64,000 bases of DNA from Deltaproteobacteria bacterium RBG_13_43_22 (GTDB lineage: Bacteria; Desulfobacterota; RBG-13-43-22): positions 321,531 to 385,530 of the forward strand of contig MGQB01000001.1 in the NCBI GenBank assembly GCA_001797675.1, given 5' to 3'. Made by a program: the position numbers and the translations under genes. A model generated the notes under the pieces. That model made no database searches. It saw nothing but the letters and a program-made list of their open reading frames with translations, and was not told where the DNA came from. Below are positions 38,651 to 47,777 of the stretch, piece after piece (position 1 is the stretch's first letter; the number at the start of each line of letters is the position of its first letter).

Positions 38651-38771
38651 GCGTCTACTTTAATCAATGCCTCCACAAACCTCTAAATACCGGTCTCATC
38701 CCAAACCAAAAAAATCGATAAACTATTTGGTCTGGTTTTTCGTCTTTCTGATGGCTTTTATGCTGTTCACC
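38651..38771 (+). repeat. Direct repeat DR2 (native mrcA promoter and 5' end)
   Basis: Partner of DR1. Here it continues into the intact mrcA ORF. Confidence 0.7.
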
Positions 38772-40925
38772 TCTTTTCTGGCCGGCTTTTATTATCTGTC
38801 CCTGCTGTATCAATTACCGAACATAAAAACCCTGAACGATTACAATCCCCCACTGGCCACCCGGATTTTAGCCGCCGATGGAACGGTAATCGGATACCTT
38901 TTTAAAGAAAAAAGGACCCTGGTTCCCCTATCCGAATTACCCCCCCGTTTGATCCAGGCCTTTGTCGCATCGGAGGATGCCCGGTTTTTCAAGCATCGCG
39001 GTTTGGATTTTTGGGGTATCATTAGGGCCCTGTGGAAAAATATCTGGGCCGGCGAGATTGTCCAGGGCGGAAGCACCATAACCCAACAGGTTACCAAATC
39101 TCTGCTTCTTTCCCCTGAAAAAACCCTTTCCAGAAAGATCAAAGAGGCCGTCCTGGCCTATCGTTTGGACCAGAATCTTTCCAAAGCGGATATTCTCTAT
39201 ATCTATCTGAATCAGATTTATCTGGGGCATGGGGCTTATGGGGTGGAATCAGCGGCCCAGACCTATTTCGGGAAAAAAGCCCAGGACCTCACCCTGACCG
39301 AAAGTGCCCTGCTGGCCGGTCTTCCTCAAGCCCCCAGCCGGTATTCGCCCTTGCTGAATCCCCAAAAGGCCTTGGAAAGGCAGCGATATGTCCTCAAGAG
39401 AATGACCGAAGAGGGTTATATTTCCGAATCCGAGGCCCAAGCCGCTGCTGAAACCCCAATCTTTTATGCCAACATTCAAGACCCTAATTTGACTTTAGCC
39501 CCCCATTTTACAGATCTGGTTCGAAAATATTTATTTCAGACCTGGGGTTCGGAATTTGTATTGAAGGCCGGACTGGTGGTACAAACCACTTTGGACCCCT
39601 CTTTCCAGAAGGCAGCCCTGGAAGCCGTGCTCAAGGGAACACAGGCCGTTCAAAGTCGACATATATACACCAAAACCTTCGAAAAGGTTCCTCTGGAAAA
39701 AATACACGAATATTGTCCTAAACTGGACCAGCCCATCCCTAAAGAAAACAAGAAACGGCCTGAATTTTCCACCGGGGTTGTCGTTCAAGTGGATCCTATC
39801 GCCCAAACCGCTAAAGTTTGTATGGGCCAGGAGTGGGCGGTCTTGCCCCTGTCCAAGCCGGTTGTTTCTGCCTCCCAGATCAAAGGACAAAAGGATGATG
39901 AAGAACTGGCTAAAAATGAAACCTCTCCCCCGCCTTTAATGATTGGAGACGTCGTTCGTCTGCGTTGGGATCCGGTCCGCTACTCGCTGACGATCTTAGA
40001 TCAGAACCAGGTGGAAGCCGCCCTTCTTTGTGTCGAAGCCCGAACCGGATCAGTAAAGGCTCTGGTCGGGGGGAAAAATTACAACCAGACCGAATTTAAT
40101 CGAGCGGTGCAATCCAAACGTCAGCCGGGTTCCTCTTTTAAGCCGATTATTTATGCTGCCGCCATTGAAAAAGGGCTTACTCCGGCCATGATCGTTATGG
40201 ACAGCCCCCTCTATTTCGGAGGACCTCCTGCCTGGGTCCCGCAGAATTTCGACCATAAGTTTCTGGGACCAACCACCTTAAGAACCGGTCTAATCCAGTC
40301 TAGAAATATTGTTTCCATTAAGATCCTCCAACGAATCGGAATTCAATATGCCATTAACTTCGCCCAGCGGCTCGGCATTTCCTCCCCCTTATATCCCAAT
40401 CTATCCCTGGCCCTGGGTTCTTCCGGGATATCCTTATGGGAGATGGTTACGGCTTATAGCTGTTTCCCCAACTTGGGACAACGAGTACCCCCATATTATA
40501 TTCAACAAATCACCGATCGATATAAGCGAACCATCTATGCCTATCCTCCTAAAGCAGAACAGGTCATGCAAATTAATACCGCCTACACGATGAATCAGCT
40601 TCTTGAAGCCGTCGTCAAAGAAGGGACCGGCTGGAAGTTAAAGTCCCTCGGAAAACCCGTTGCCGGCAAGACCGGTACCACCAACGATTTTCGAGATGCC
40701 TGGTTTATCGGCTTCACACCCCAATATACGGCCGGAGTATGGGTAGGGATTGATGATCTAACCCCTTTAGGATCTGGGGAAACCGGAGCCCAGGCGGCCA
40801 GTCCAATCATTTTGGATTTTTTTCAGAAAGCCCTGTCCCAAACGGCGCCACAAGAATTTCCGGTTCCAAAAATCCAAGAAAAAGAGTCAGATTCATTTCA
40901 GGACGTGCAGGAAGAGGCTGAATAA
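38667..40925 (+). CDS. mrcA: Penicillin-binding protein 1A (bifunctional transglycosylase/transpeptidase)
   Basis: GT51 motifs (EDARFFKHRG, GGSTITQQVTK), a transpeptidase SxxK motif (SSFKP) and a KTG motif (KTGTT). Confidence 0.9.
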   Translation: MPPQTSKYRSHPKPKKSINYLVWFFVFLMAFMLFTSFLAGFYYLSLLYQLPNIKTLNDYNPPLATRILAADGTVIGYLFKEKRTLVPLSELPPRLIQAFVASEDARFFKHRGLDFWGIIRALWKNIWAGEIVQGGSTITQQVTKSLLLSPEKTLSRKIKEAVLAYRLDQNLSKADILYIYLNQIYLGHGAYGVESAAQTYFGKKAQDLTLTESALLAGLPQAPSRYSPLLNPQKALERQRYVLKRMTEEGYISESEAQAAAETPIFYANIQDPNLTLAPHFTDLVRKYLFQTWGSEFVLKAGLVVQTTLDPSFQKAALEAVLKGTQAVQSRHIYTKTFEKVPLEKIHEYCPKLDQPIPKENKKRPEFSTGVVVQVDPIAQTAKVCMGQEWAVLPLSKPVVSASQIKGQKDDEELAKNETSPPPLMIGDVVRLRWDPVRYSLTILDQNQVEAALLCVEARTGSVKALVGGKNYNQTEFNRAVQSKRQPGSSFKPIIYAAAIEKGLTPAMIVMDSPLYFGGPPAWVPQNFDHKFLGPTTLRTGLIQSRNIVSIKILQRIGIQYAINFAQRLGISSPLYPNLSLALGSSGISLWEMVTAYSCFPNLGQRVPPYYIQQITDRYKRTIYAYPPKAEQVMQINTAYTMNQLLEAVVKEGTGWKLKSLGKPVAGKTGTTNDFRDAWFIGFTPQYTAGVWVGIDDLTPLGSGETGAQAASPIILDFFQKALSQTAPQEFPVPKIQEKESDSFQDVQEEAE

Positions 40926-40933
40926 AAAATGAA

Positions 40934-40975
40934 AAGCCCCTTGACCACCATTGCTGATGGCCAAGGGGCTTTTCG
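40934..40975 (+). terminator. Rho-independent terminator (likely bidirectional) between convergent mrcA and the CBS-domain gene
   Basis: AAGCCCCTTG...CAAGGGGCTTTTC: a 10-bp GC-rich stem followed by a T-run, with an A-run on the other side. Confidence 0.6.
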
Positions 40976-40997
40976 AACTGCTTGGACTGGAAAAAGA

Positions 40998-41666
40998 TTA
41001 CACGTCTTGAAGCGTATCTTTAACCATATAAAGAAGGATAAAGTTTTTGTCCAGCTCTTCGGATAAGGCTTTTAATTTGTGCTCAGGTATTTCCTTGATC
41101 CGGATATACACGTGACGGCAATTCTCCTCACACATATCATAAGAGGTCAGGATACTGACCATTCGGCCTCCATGTTTTCGTATCACATCGGACACCTCTT
41201 TTATGGAGCCCGGCCGATCCTCCAGGTTAAAAGCAAATTGGATACCCCCTCGATAAATACCGGTCAGGGAAATCAGGACTTTGAAGATATCCCCCTGAGT
41301 GATGACTCCGACCACCTTTCCTTTGTCGTTGACGACCGGCAGTCCTGAAATCCTATGTTCCAGCATCTTAACGGCCGCCTTTTCCACCGTTTCTTCCGGC
41401 CCAACGCTGACTAAATTTTTGTTCATAAGATCTTTTATTTTTAATTCCGAAAGCAGGTAATACAGTTCATGAATATCTAAAGTGGTAGCCTTGGAAGGGG
41501 ATGCTTCTTTAATATCCCGATCAGTAATCATTCCAACCAGTTTCCCTTTACGCATGACCGGTAGGCGTCGGATATTATTTTCCTTCATTATCTGAGAGGC
41601 CTTCATCATGGAAGTATCTTCATCTACGGTTATGACATCGCTGGTCATCCATCCTTTAACTAACAT
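40998..41666 (-). CDS. CBS-pair plus ACT domain protein
   Basis: Two CBS motifs (VITVDEDTSMMKASQIMKENNIRRLPV; NLVSVGPEETVEKAAVKMLEHRISGLPV) followed by an ACT-like C-terminus. Confidence 0.7.
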   Translation of the reverse strand: MLVKGWMTSDVITVDEDTSMMKASQIMKENNIRRLPVMRKGKLVGMITDRDIKEASPSKATTLDIHELYYLLSELKIKDLMNKNLVSVGPEETVEKAAVKMLEHRISGLPVVNDKGKVVGVITQGDIFKVLISLTGIYRGGIQFAFNLEDRPGSIKEVSDVIRKHGGRMVSILTSYDMCEENCRHVYIRIKEIPEHKLKALSEELDKNFILLYMVKDTLQDV

Positions 41667-42019
41667 GGTTATCCTCCGCTGGTAAGAATTAAAAGCTCTG
41701 ACATCCCCAAATTACAACATCATGTTTGAATCCCCAATTCTTAGAAAATTTTATAGCAATTACCAACATTGTCAAGTTTTTTTTGGAACAAAGAGGGGTG
41801 TTTTTAAACCCCCTTTACAGAATGCAGTTCACCTCAGGAAGATTCCTTAGATAGTCCTGGGATCGTTTTCCTCTATTTCTTTTCATGCCTTCCTTCAAGA
41901 CCAAAGGGATTTAAAGAAAAGGGGCTTCCCCAAACCGCCGCCTCTTTGTATTGACCATGCCTTTCCCTTGAACTCTCAAATCATTCTATCATCGCCAATC
42001 CTATTGGTGATGAATCAAT

Positions 42020-42670
42020 TTAACTTTCCTCCCGGTTGTGATCGATCCAGTAAGCCCAGGCTACCAACAGCCATTGAAGGAAACCGATATAGACAATCGG
42101 TTTCACCGCCGGCGGCGGGGGACCGAAAAGATTGCCGAGATAAGTCATTATTAAAAAAGCCACTAATCCCCATAAGGCCCATCGGCCGGTTTTATTTTTG
42201 GCTTTGGTTGAGGTTGCATAAAGATAAACCCCGACAACAAACAACCCCCCTTCGACCAGGAGGGTCCCGATCAGGGAATTCCACAGACCAAGTCCCACTT
42301 TGGTATCCAGGCCGGGCAGCAAGGGCAGGTCCGGGCGATGGGTGAACAAATCCAGGATCCAGTGACCGACCACCAGAAGTCCAAGCCATAGGGCTGTTTT
42401 CAAATCTTTTTTGATGACCCAATAGATCCCTCCGAACAGCAACCCCCAGATAAGCACTGAAAGTAACCCATGGGAAATGGGATAATGGGTAAAATTAAGG
42501 GGGGTAACCGCCGTATTGCCGGGCTCGATCAACATCTGTTCCCAACCCAGTAAAAGCAGAAGCGGAAAAAGCAGATCGATGAACTGCGTTGCCAAAAACA
42601 AGGTTCCCAATGACGCTTTGGGTGCAACCTTCTTGGCTGCAAAACCCAGGGCATAATGACCGATATACAT
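42020..42670 (-). CDS. Integral membrane protein, possibly DUF457/YdjM-like metal-dependent hydrolase
   Basis: 216 aa protein with 5-6 TM helices and conserved His residues (HYPISHG, VGHWILDLFTHRPD). Confidence 0.4.
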   Translation of the reverse strand: MYIGHYALGFAAKKVAPKASLGTLFLATQFIDLLFPLLLLLGWEQMLIEPGNTAVTPLNFTHYPISHGLLSVLIWGLLFGGIYWVIKKDLKTALWLGLLVVGHWILDLFTHRPDLPLLPGLDTKVGLGLWNSLIGTLLVEGGLFVVGVYLYATSTKAKNKTGRWALWGLVAFLIMTYLGNLFGPPPPAVKPIVYIGFLQWLLVAWAYWIDHNREES

Positions 42671-42691
42671 GCCGTTTCCTTTCCATGTTTT

Positions 42692-43435
42692 TTATTGGCT
42701 TTCGATACGGAAAGCATACTGGATAACATCGGACGGACACCCGTCGATGCAGGTTCCGCAAAGGATACATTCGGAATTTTCCATTCTATCTTGATGGACC
42801 ATAGTTTCTACCGGAAGGCTCATCGGGCAGTTTTCGGTGCAGGTATGACAGTGCGTGCATTTCTCGGGTTCTGCTTGAAGCCGAAGAGAGGCCCAATGAA
42901 AAAGGTTTCTAATCTTCCTGCCAATTATCATAAAGGGGGCCATCCAGCAAAGATGATGGCAGAACGACCTTTTCCCGAAAATAAACGACGGCAGGACGAT
43001 TAAGAGGAGAACCACCAAATAGGCGATGAGGGCGGGAAGATCTCCGATAGAAAAGCCGTAATGGGTCTGGTAAAAAAAATCGACCTGGGAATATCCTCCC
43101 CCTATGATGGCCAGAATGACTATAGTACCTACCCAGGGGATCCAGATCAACCACTTGATAGAATCCCCTTTAAGGACCCTTTTCTCTCGGGCTGAAAATA
43201 GGGCCTCCTGACAGCCGGCACCCGGACAGACCCATCCGCAATAAGCCCGTCCAAGAAGCAAAGCGCTGAGAAACAGGAGCAGAAACAGGATGAAACTCCC
43301 GTTGATAATACCGCCCTGGGTGGCTTGAATAATCATTACCGGGGACAGATAATAGAAGAGTGCCGGAAACAAAAAAAATGAAGACAGAATAATTCCTTGT
43401 CTCAGCTTTTGTCTGGATTTCATGGTTCGACTCAA
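42692..43435 (-). CDS. Membrane-bound 4Fe-4S ferredoxin-type protein (NapH/MauN/CcoG-like)
   Basis: GRAYCGWVCP motif plus two CxxCxxCxxxCP clusters (CTHCHTCTENCP; CILCGTCIDGCP), with TM helices. Confidence 0.6.
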   Translation of the reverse strand: MSRTMKSRQKLRQGIILSSFFLFPALFYYLSPVMIIQATQGGIINGSFILFLLLFLSALLLGRAYCGWVCPGAGCQEALFSAREKRVLKGDSIKWLIWIPWVGTIVILAIIGGGYSQVDFFYQTHYGFSIGDLPALIAYLVVLLLIVLPSFIFGKRSFCHHLCWMAPFMIIGRKIRNLFHWASLRLQAEPEKCTHCHTCTENCPMSLPVETMVHQDRMENSECILCGTCIDGCPSDVIQYAFRIESQ

Positions 43436-43519
43436 AAAAGAAGTTTATTCGTTCAGCAGTTTTCCGGAAACCGATCGATCACTCGGTTGAGAATCTGATC
43501 CAACCGAGTCCTGCCCCTT

Positions 43520-43903
43520 TTAAGGGGCATAGCTGGACCGGGCTTGTATGCCCCAACGCCCGTCTTTCCTGGTAACGATCCACAGGGAATGATGAACCGC
43601 ATATCTGGAACCGTCCGCCTGGTAGCGGCTGAATTGGATATTAAAATGCACCTTCACCGGTGAAGCATGGATGACTTCCACCGAATCCAGAGTGCTATGG
43701 TGCCATCCCTCGTGCTTGGTCAGGTAGTTGAGTACCGAATCAAGGGGCAGGTATTCAGAGGCGTTTTGAACGATAGCGACCTGGCCTTTGTCGTTGATGC
43801 GGATATGAGGAAAATGATGGGTGTTCAGGTGTGCTTCACCGTCATGGGCGTTAAAGGCGTCAAAAAAGGCCTTAATGGCTTTGGCGGCTTCGACTTCAGA
43901 CAT
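43520..43903 (-). CDS. NTF2-like/SnoaL-like small protein
   Basis: 127 aa protein. Its N-terminus (AIKAFFDAFNAHDGEA) is typical of the SnoaL/NTF2 fold. Confidence 0.4.
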   Translation of the reverse strand: MSEVEAAKAIKAFFDAFNAHDGEAHLNTHHFPHIRINDKGQVAIVQNASEYLPLDSVLNYLTKHEGWHHSTLDSVEVIHASPVKVHFNIQFSRYQADGSRYAVHHSLWIVTRKDGRWGIQARSSYAP

Positions 43904-44126
43904 GGGCTCTCCTCCAAAATATTAATTATCTCGAAATAATGACTACTTTTCCGGGTAGCTACTAACCAACAATAATAGAAATTATTTGCTTACGAGTGGC
44001 GGGTTACGAGTTACCCGTTTTAAAGAAAGGGTTTCGATTTACAAACCCGCAACCCGTAAATAATTATTGGTGGAGATAAATTCTCGGACTTAACCAATTA
44101 AGAATCTACACTAAGACCGTTAATAA

Positions 44127-44528
44127 CTATTCCCACTTTCCCAAAAGGGCAAATACGGATTCAGGAATGCGTACCAATTTACCTTCCTGATCCAAACAGG
44201 CATGGACCGTGTATCCTTGAACCAAAAGATCGTTCTCCTGGTTCAAAATTCTATAGTCAAAGCGCATAGAGGCCTTGCGAACGAACCCCACACCGGTATT
44301 GATCAATAAAATATCATCATAGCGGGCCGATTTACTATATTTGCAAAAGGCCTCGGTAACCGGCAATAAATAGCCCATGGCCTCTATCTCGGCATAGGGA
44401 AGGCCCAAATGGCGGATCAATTCGGAACGGCCGATTTCAAACCAGCGCAGATAATTGGCATAATAGGCCATTTTCATGGAATCCACATCACCGTAAATAA
44501 CCCGGTAAGTCGTCTGAAAAAATTTCAT
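44127..44528 (-). CDS. Acyl-CoA thioesterase, 4HBT/YbgC family
   Basis: 133 aa protein with a hotdog-fold motif (YRVIYGDVDSMKMAYYANYLRWFEIGR). Confidence 0.75.
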   Translation of the reverse strand: MKFFQTTYRVIYGDVDSMKMAYYANYLRWFEIGRSELIRHLGLPYAEIEAMGYLLPVTEAFCKYSKSARYDDILLINTGVGFVRKASMRFDYRILNQENDLLVQGYTVHACLDQEGKLVRIPESVFALLGKWE

Positions 44529-44820
44529 TTGGTTACTCCTGAACTCGAAAAAAGTGAAGGCCGAGGAATCCTCTTTTCAGTGTTGTCCACTTAAATGCCC
44601 TTAGCTTCTCTGCCGGGCCAAATCTCAAATTATGTTTCAGGAGCAGGCCCCTGGGGGCCTCCAGGACCAAAGCTGGAAATTGACCCAGGTGAAGGCTCTA
44701 TTCCCGATTAACTTAGCTTTTGGGCCGGGTTGGGGCGAGAGATTACCTTTTGGACAACTTTGAAAAGAGGACCCCTCGGCCCCTGTACACTGGAGGTTAA
44801 CTTTTAAATGGTTATCATCC

Positions 44821-46044
44821 CTAACGGACTCCTAAAAACCAGGGCATCAGTTGATCCCCATTTATAAAAGCGACCTCTCCCTCAAAAGCCGATCTTTCCG
44901 AAAAACCCCTTTTTCGAACCGGCCGGGACCGGTCTTCAGAGCAGAAGATCGAAAAAGGGACCGGTTCCCTGGTGTGGGTCATCACCTGGACAGGCGTGAA
45001 ATGATCGGTAACAATCATCAGGGAATAGGCTTCAAAATGGTTCAATCCTTCCAGGACCGGCCCCACGACCTCCCGATCGAAGGCTTCAATGGCCTGGATC
45101 TTCTTTTCCCGGCTTCCTTCATGAGAAGCCTCATCCGGGGCCTCCACATGAACATAGACCAGGTCTTTCTCGGCCAGGAAGGCCAAGGCCTTTTCAGCCT
45201 TCCCCCGGAAATTGGTGTCTAAATATCCGGTTATCCCTTCCACAAAAATGGATTCCAACCCGGCAGACAATCCTATCCCTTTCAAAAGATCCACGGCGGA
45301 AATCACTCCCCCTCGAAGGCCGAATCTTTTCAGGAAAGAGGGCATGGCCGGAGTTTTTCCTTGACCCCACAACCAAATGGAATTGGCTGGAACCAGGCCT
45401 CGGCCCTGCCTTGACTGATTAACCGGGTGTTGGCTCAAAAAGGACCAGGAACGGCGCATAAGATCCACAATCGGTCCCAACTCCCCCTGGGTATTCAAAT
45501 AGCCCGTCACATCCTGCCCGGTCAGGTCATGCGGCGGTGTGGTCTTGACCGATGGATCAGCCCCGGTCCAGACCAGGATATGCCGATAACTGACCCCTGG
45601 ATAGAAAGATAAATTGGGGTGAGCTAAGAATCCCTTGAGGTCGTTGATTAAAATCTTGGCTTCTTCCGTAGAAATATGCCCGGCGCTGTATGAGTTCATC
45701 CTTACCGTCTCATTTTCCCGGTGGTCCAGGCAAACCAGATTACAGCGGAAGGCCACGTCCTCTTCCTTTAGTCGGATCCCCATACTAACCGCTTCCAAGG
45801 GCGCACGGCCTGAATGGTAGACCAATGGGTCATATCCCAGGAGGGAAAGATTGGCAATATCACTTCCCGGTTCACAGGCTGAGGGTACGGTTTGGGCCCA
45901 CCCCATAATCCCCCGGGAGGCCGCGGTATCCATATTGGGCGTATGAGCCGCTTCCAAGGGAGTCTTTCCGTCCAGGGCCTCCTGAGGGTAATCCCCCATC
46001 CCGTCCCCGACCAAAATAATATATTTTCTGTCTTTCGATTTCAT
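44821..46044 (-). CDS. Cofactor-independent phosphoglycerate mutase, archaeal-type (ApgM family), candidate non-orthologous homoserine kinase
   Basis: 407 aa protein. The N-terminus (YIILVGDGMGDYP) and metalloenzyme domain are typical of ApgM. Located immediately downstream of hom. Confidence 0.75.
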   Translation of the reverse strand: MKSKDRKYIILVGDGMGDYPQEALDGKTPLEAAHTPNMDTAASRGIMGWAQTVPSACEPGSDIANLSLLGYDPLVYHSGRAPLEAVSMGIRLKEEDVAFRCNLVCLDHRENETVRMNSYSAGHISTEEAKILINDLKGFLAHPNLSFYPGVSYRHILVWTGADPSVKTTPPHDLTGQDVTGYLNTQGELGPIVDLMRRSWSFLSQHPVNQSRQGRGLVPANSIWLWGQGKTPAMPSFLKRFGLRGGVISAVDLLKGIGLSAGLESIFVEGITGYLDTNFRGKAEKALAFLAEKDLVYVHVEAPDEASHEGSREKKIQAIEAFDREVVGPVLEGLNHFEAYSLMIVTDHFTPVQVMTHTREPVPFSIFCSEDRSRPVRKRGFSERSAFEGEVAFINGDQLMPWFLGVR

Positions 46045-46144
46045 AAAAAAATACAGATCTCTTTAGATGGATCAAAGTTACGGGTTGGGTGTTTCGGGTT
46101 TGAAAACCAAAAGCCTTTAACCGGCAACCCGTAACCCGTCACTT

Positions 46145-47449
46145 TTAATTTTCCACCCGGACAATCACCGTTCGATCGGTTATCACCGCTAGACGGTCAA
46201 TCTCCTGGATGGCCTTCTGAACGTCTGATTCTCTGGCCTCGTGGGTCATCATGACAATAGGAACGGATCCTTCAATCTCTCTGCCTTTTTGGATCACCGA
46301 GGCCACACTGATTTGATTGGCCCCAAGGATGCCGGCGATGGTCGAAAGGACCCCGGGTCGATCCAGGGCGGAAAATCGAAAATAATAGTGGGTCATCACT
46401 TCCTGAAAGGGTTTAAAGGACAAACCTTTTTCTTTAAATCGTTGAATCGAAAGATTCTGGGGTATTCTTTGGGCAATCCCCTTGTTGATATTTCGTCCCA
46501 TATTGACCAGGTCACTGACTACCGCGCTTCCGGTCGGCATCATTCCGGCGCCCTGTCCGTAGAGCAAAATATCCCCCACCGAATCTCCTTTGATATGAAG
46601 GGCATTATAGGCCCCTTGAACATTGGCCAACATATGGCTTTTAGGGATCATGGTCGGGTGGACCCGGGCTTCCAACAGACTCCCCTCCTTTCGGCAGATA
46701 GCCAGAAGTTTGATGGAGTATCCGAATTCCCTGGCAAAGGCAATGTCCAATGCCCCGATTCGAGTGATGCCTTCCACAAATACCGCTTCGGGGTTTAATG
46801 GAGCTCCATAGGCCAGATACATCAAAATGGAAAGTTTATGAACCGTGTCCAACCCTTCTACATCCAGGGTCGGATCGGCCTCGGCATAGCCCATTTGTTG
46901 GGCCTCCTTTAGGGCCGCTGAATAAGGCAGTTCTTGTTCGGTCATCCGGGTCAGGATAAAATTGGAGGTCCCATTGAAGATCCCAAAAATGCTTTCAATT
47001 TCATTGGCCACCAACCCCTGTTGCAGGGCCAGAATAACCGGGATACCACCGCAGACGCTGGCTTCAAAGCCGACATCCAATTTACTGTCCATGGCCTTCT
47101 TGAAAATCTCATTCCCTTTGTGAGCCAGCAAGGCCTTGTTGGCCGTAACCACATGTTTCCCTTTTTCCAAAGCCTTTAAAATAAAACTACGGGCCGGTTC
47201 CAGACCCCCGATCAATTCTATGACAATGGATATATCCGGATCTTCAAGAATTTGTTCCACTTGATCCGTCAGAACCCCTTTGGGAACCGGGACACCCCGA
47301 TCCCGATTCAAATCCTGATCGGCGATCCGTTTTAATTTTATCGGAACCCCGACCAGGGAACTAAGAAGGTCGCCTTTTTCACGTAAAATCTTTACCACCC
47401 CGGTTCCTACGGTGCCAAAACCGATTAAACCTACCTGAATTTCTTTCAT
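46145..47449 (-). CDS. hom: Homoserine dehydrogenase
   Basis: 434 aa protein with NAD-binding motif (GLIGFGTVG), catalytic domain and a C-terminal ACT domain. Confidence 0.9.
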   Translation of the reverse strand: MKEIQVGLIGFGTVGTGVVKILREKGDLLSSLVGVPIKLKRIADQDLNRDRGVPVPKGVLTDQVEQILEDPDISIVIELIGGLEPARSFILKALEKGKHVVTANKALLAHKGNEIFKKAMDSKLDVGFEASVCGGIPVILALQQGLVANEIESIFGIFNGTSNFILTRMTEQELPYSAALKEAQQMGYAEADPTLDVEGLDTVHKLSILMYLAYGAPLNPEAVFVEGITRIGALDIAFAREFGYSIKLLAICRKEGSLLEARVHPTMIPKSHMLANVQGAYNALHIKGDSVGDILLYGQGAGMMPTGSAVVSDLVNMGRNINKGIAQRIPQNLSIQRFKEKGLSFKPFQEVMTHYYFRFSALDRPGVLSTIAGILGANQISVASVIQKGREIEGSVPIVMMTHEARESDVQKAIQEIDRLAVITDRTVIVRVEN

Positions 47450-47550
47450 GATCCCCTCACACGATTCTATAGGTTGGATTCAAAGATCCTTTTTAAACCC
47501 TCATGCCCGCCTGGACGGGTGCTACAAAACACAATGATTAAATTTTAGGA

Positions 47551-47670
47551 TTGAAGCTCCCTGCACCAAGGTGCAGGGAATCTTCCAGGCAAGGAAAGGG
47601 GTTATTTGTTGTAGTTCGCTCGCTAACCCACGCAGCAAGCTGCGGGGAATGCGCTCGCTATTCCTGTTCA
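47551..47670 (+). repeat. Dual-hairpin dispersed repeat element, copy D (short form)
   Basis: About 98% identical to copy A. Intergenic between hom and the aminotransferase. Confidence 0.7.
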
Positions 47671-47777
47671 AGGGACCACGGGGTCAAGGACCGCGGGGCG
47701 GAGTGAAAGACATGGAAGTTAAAACCCTCGAACCCTTGAATCCTGGAACCCTTGAACCCTATTTTGAATTTTAGCTA

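Noticed and set aside
44530-44820. Possible small RNA in the 290-bp spacer between apgM and the thioesterase gene (GC-rich hairpin AGGCCCCTGGGGGCCT and repeated CTTAGCTT-GCCGGGC segments)
   Set aside because: There is no recognisable family signature (6S, tmRNA, SRP, RNase P etc.) and no clear promoter-terminator pair. It cannot be supported without expression data.
25581-47670. Possibility that the dual-hairpin repeats are mini-CRISPR arrays (two palindromic ~25-nt units separated by a ~45-nt spacer)
   Set aside because: The two repeat units within an element differ from each other, whereas CRISPR repeats are identical. The spacer is the same in all four copies. No cas genes are nearby. The evidence fits a dispersed MITE/REP-like element.
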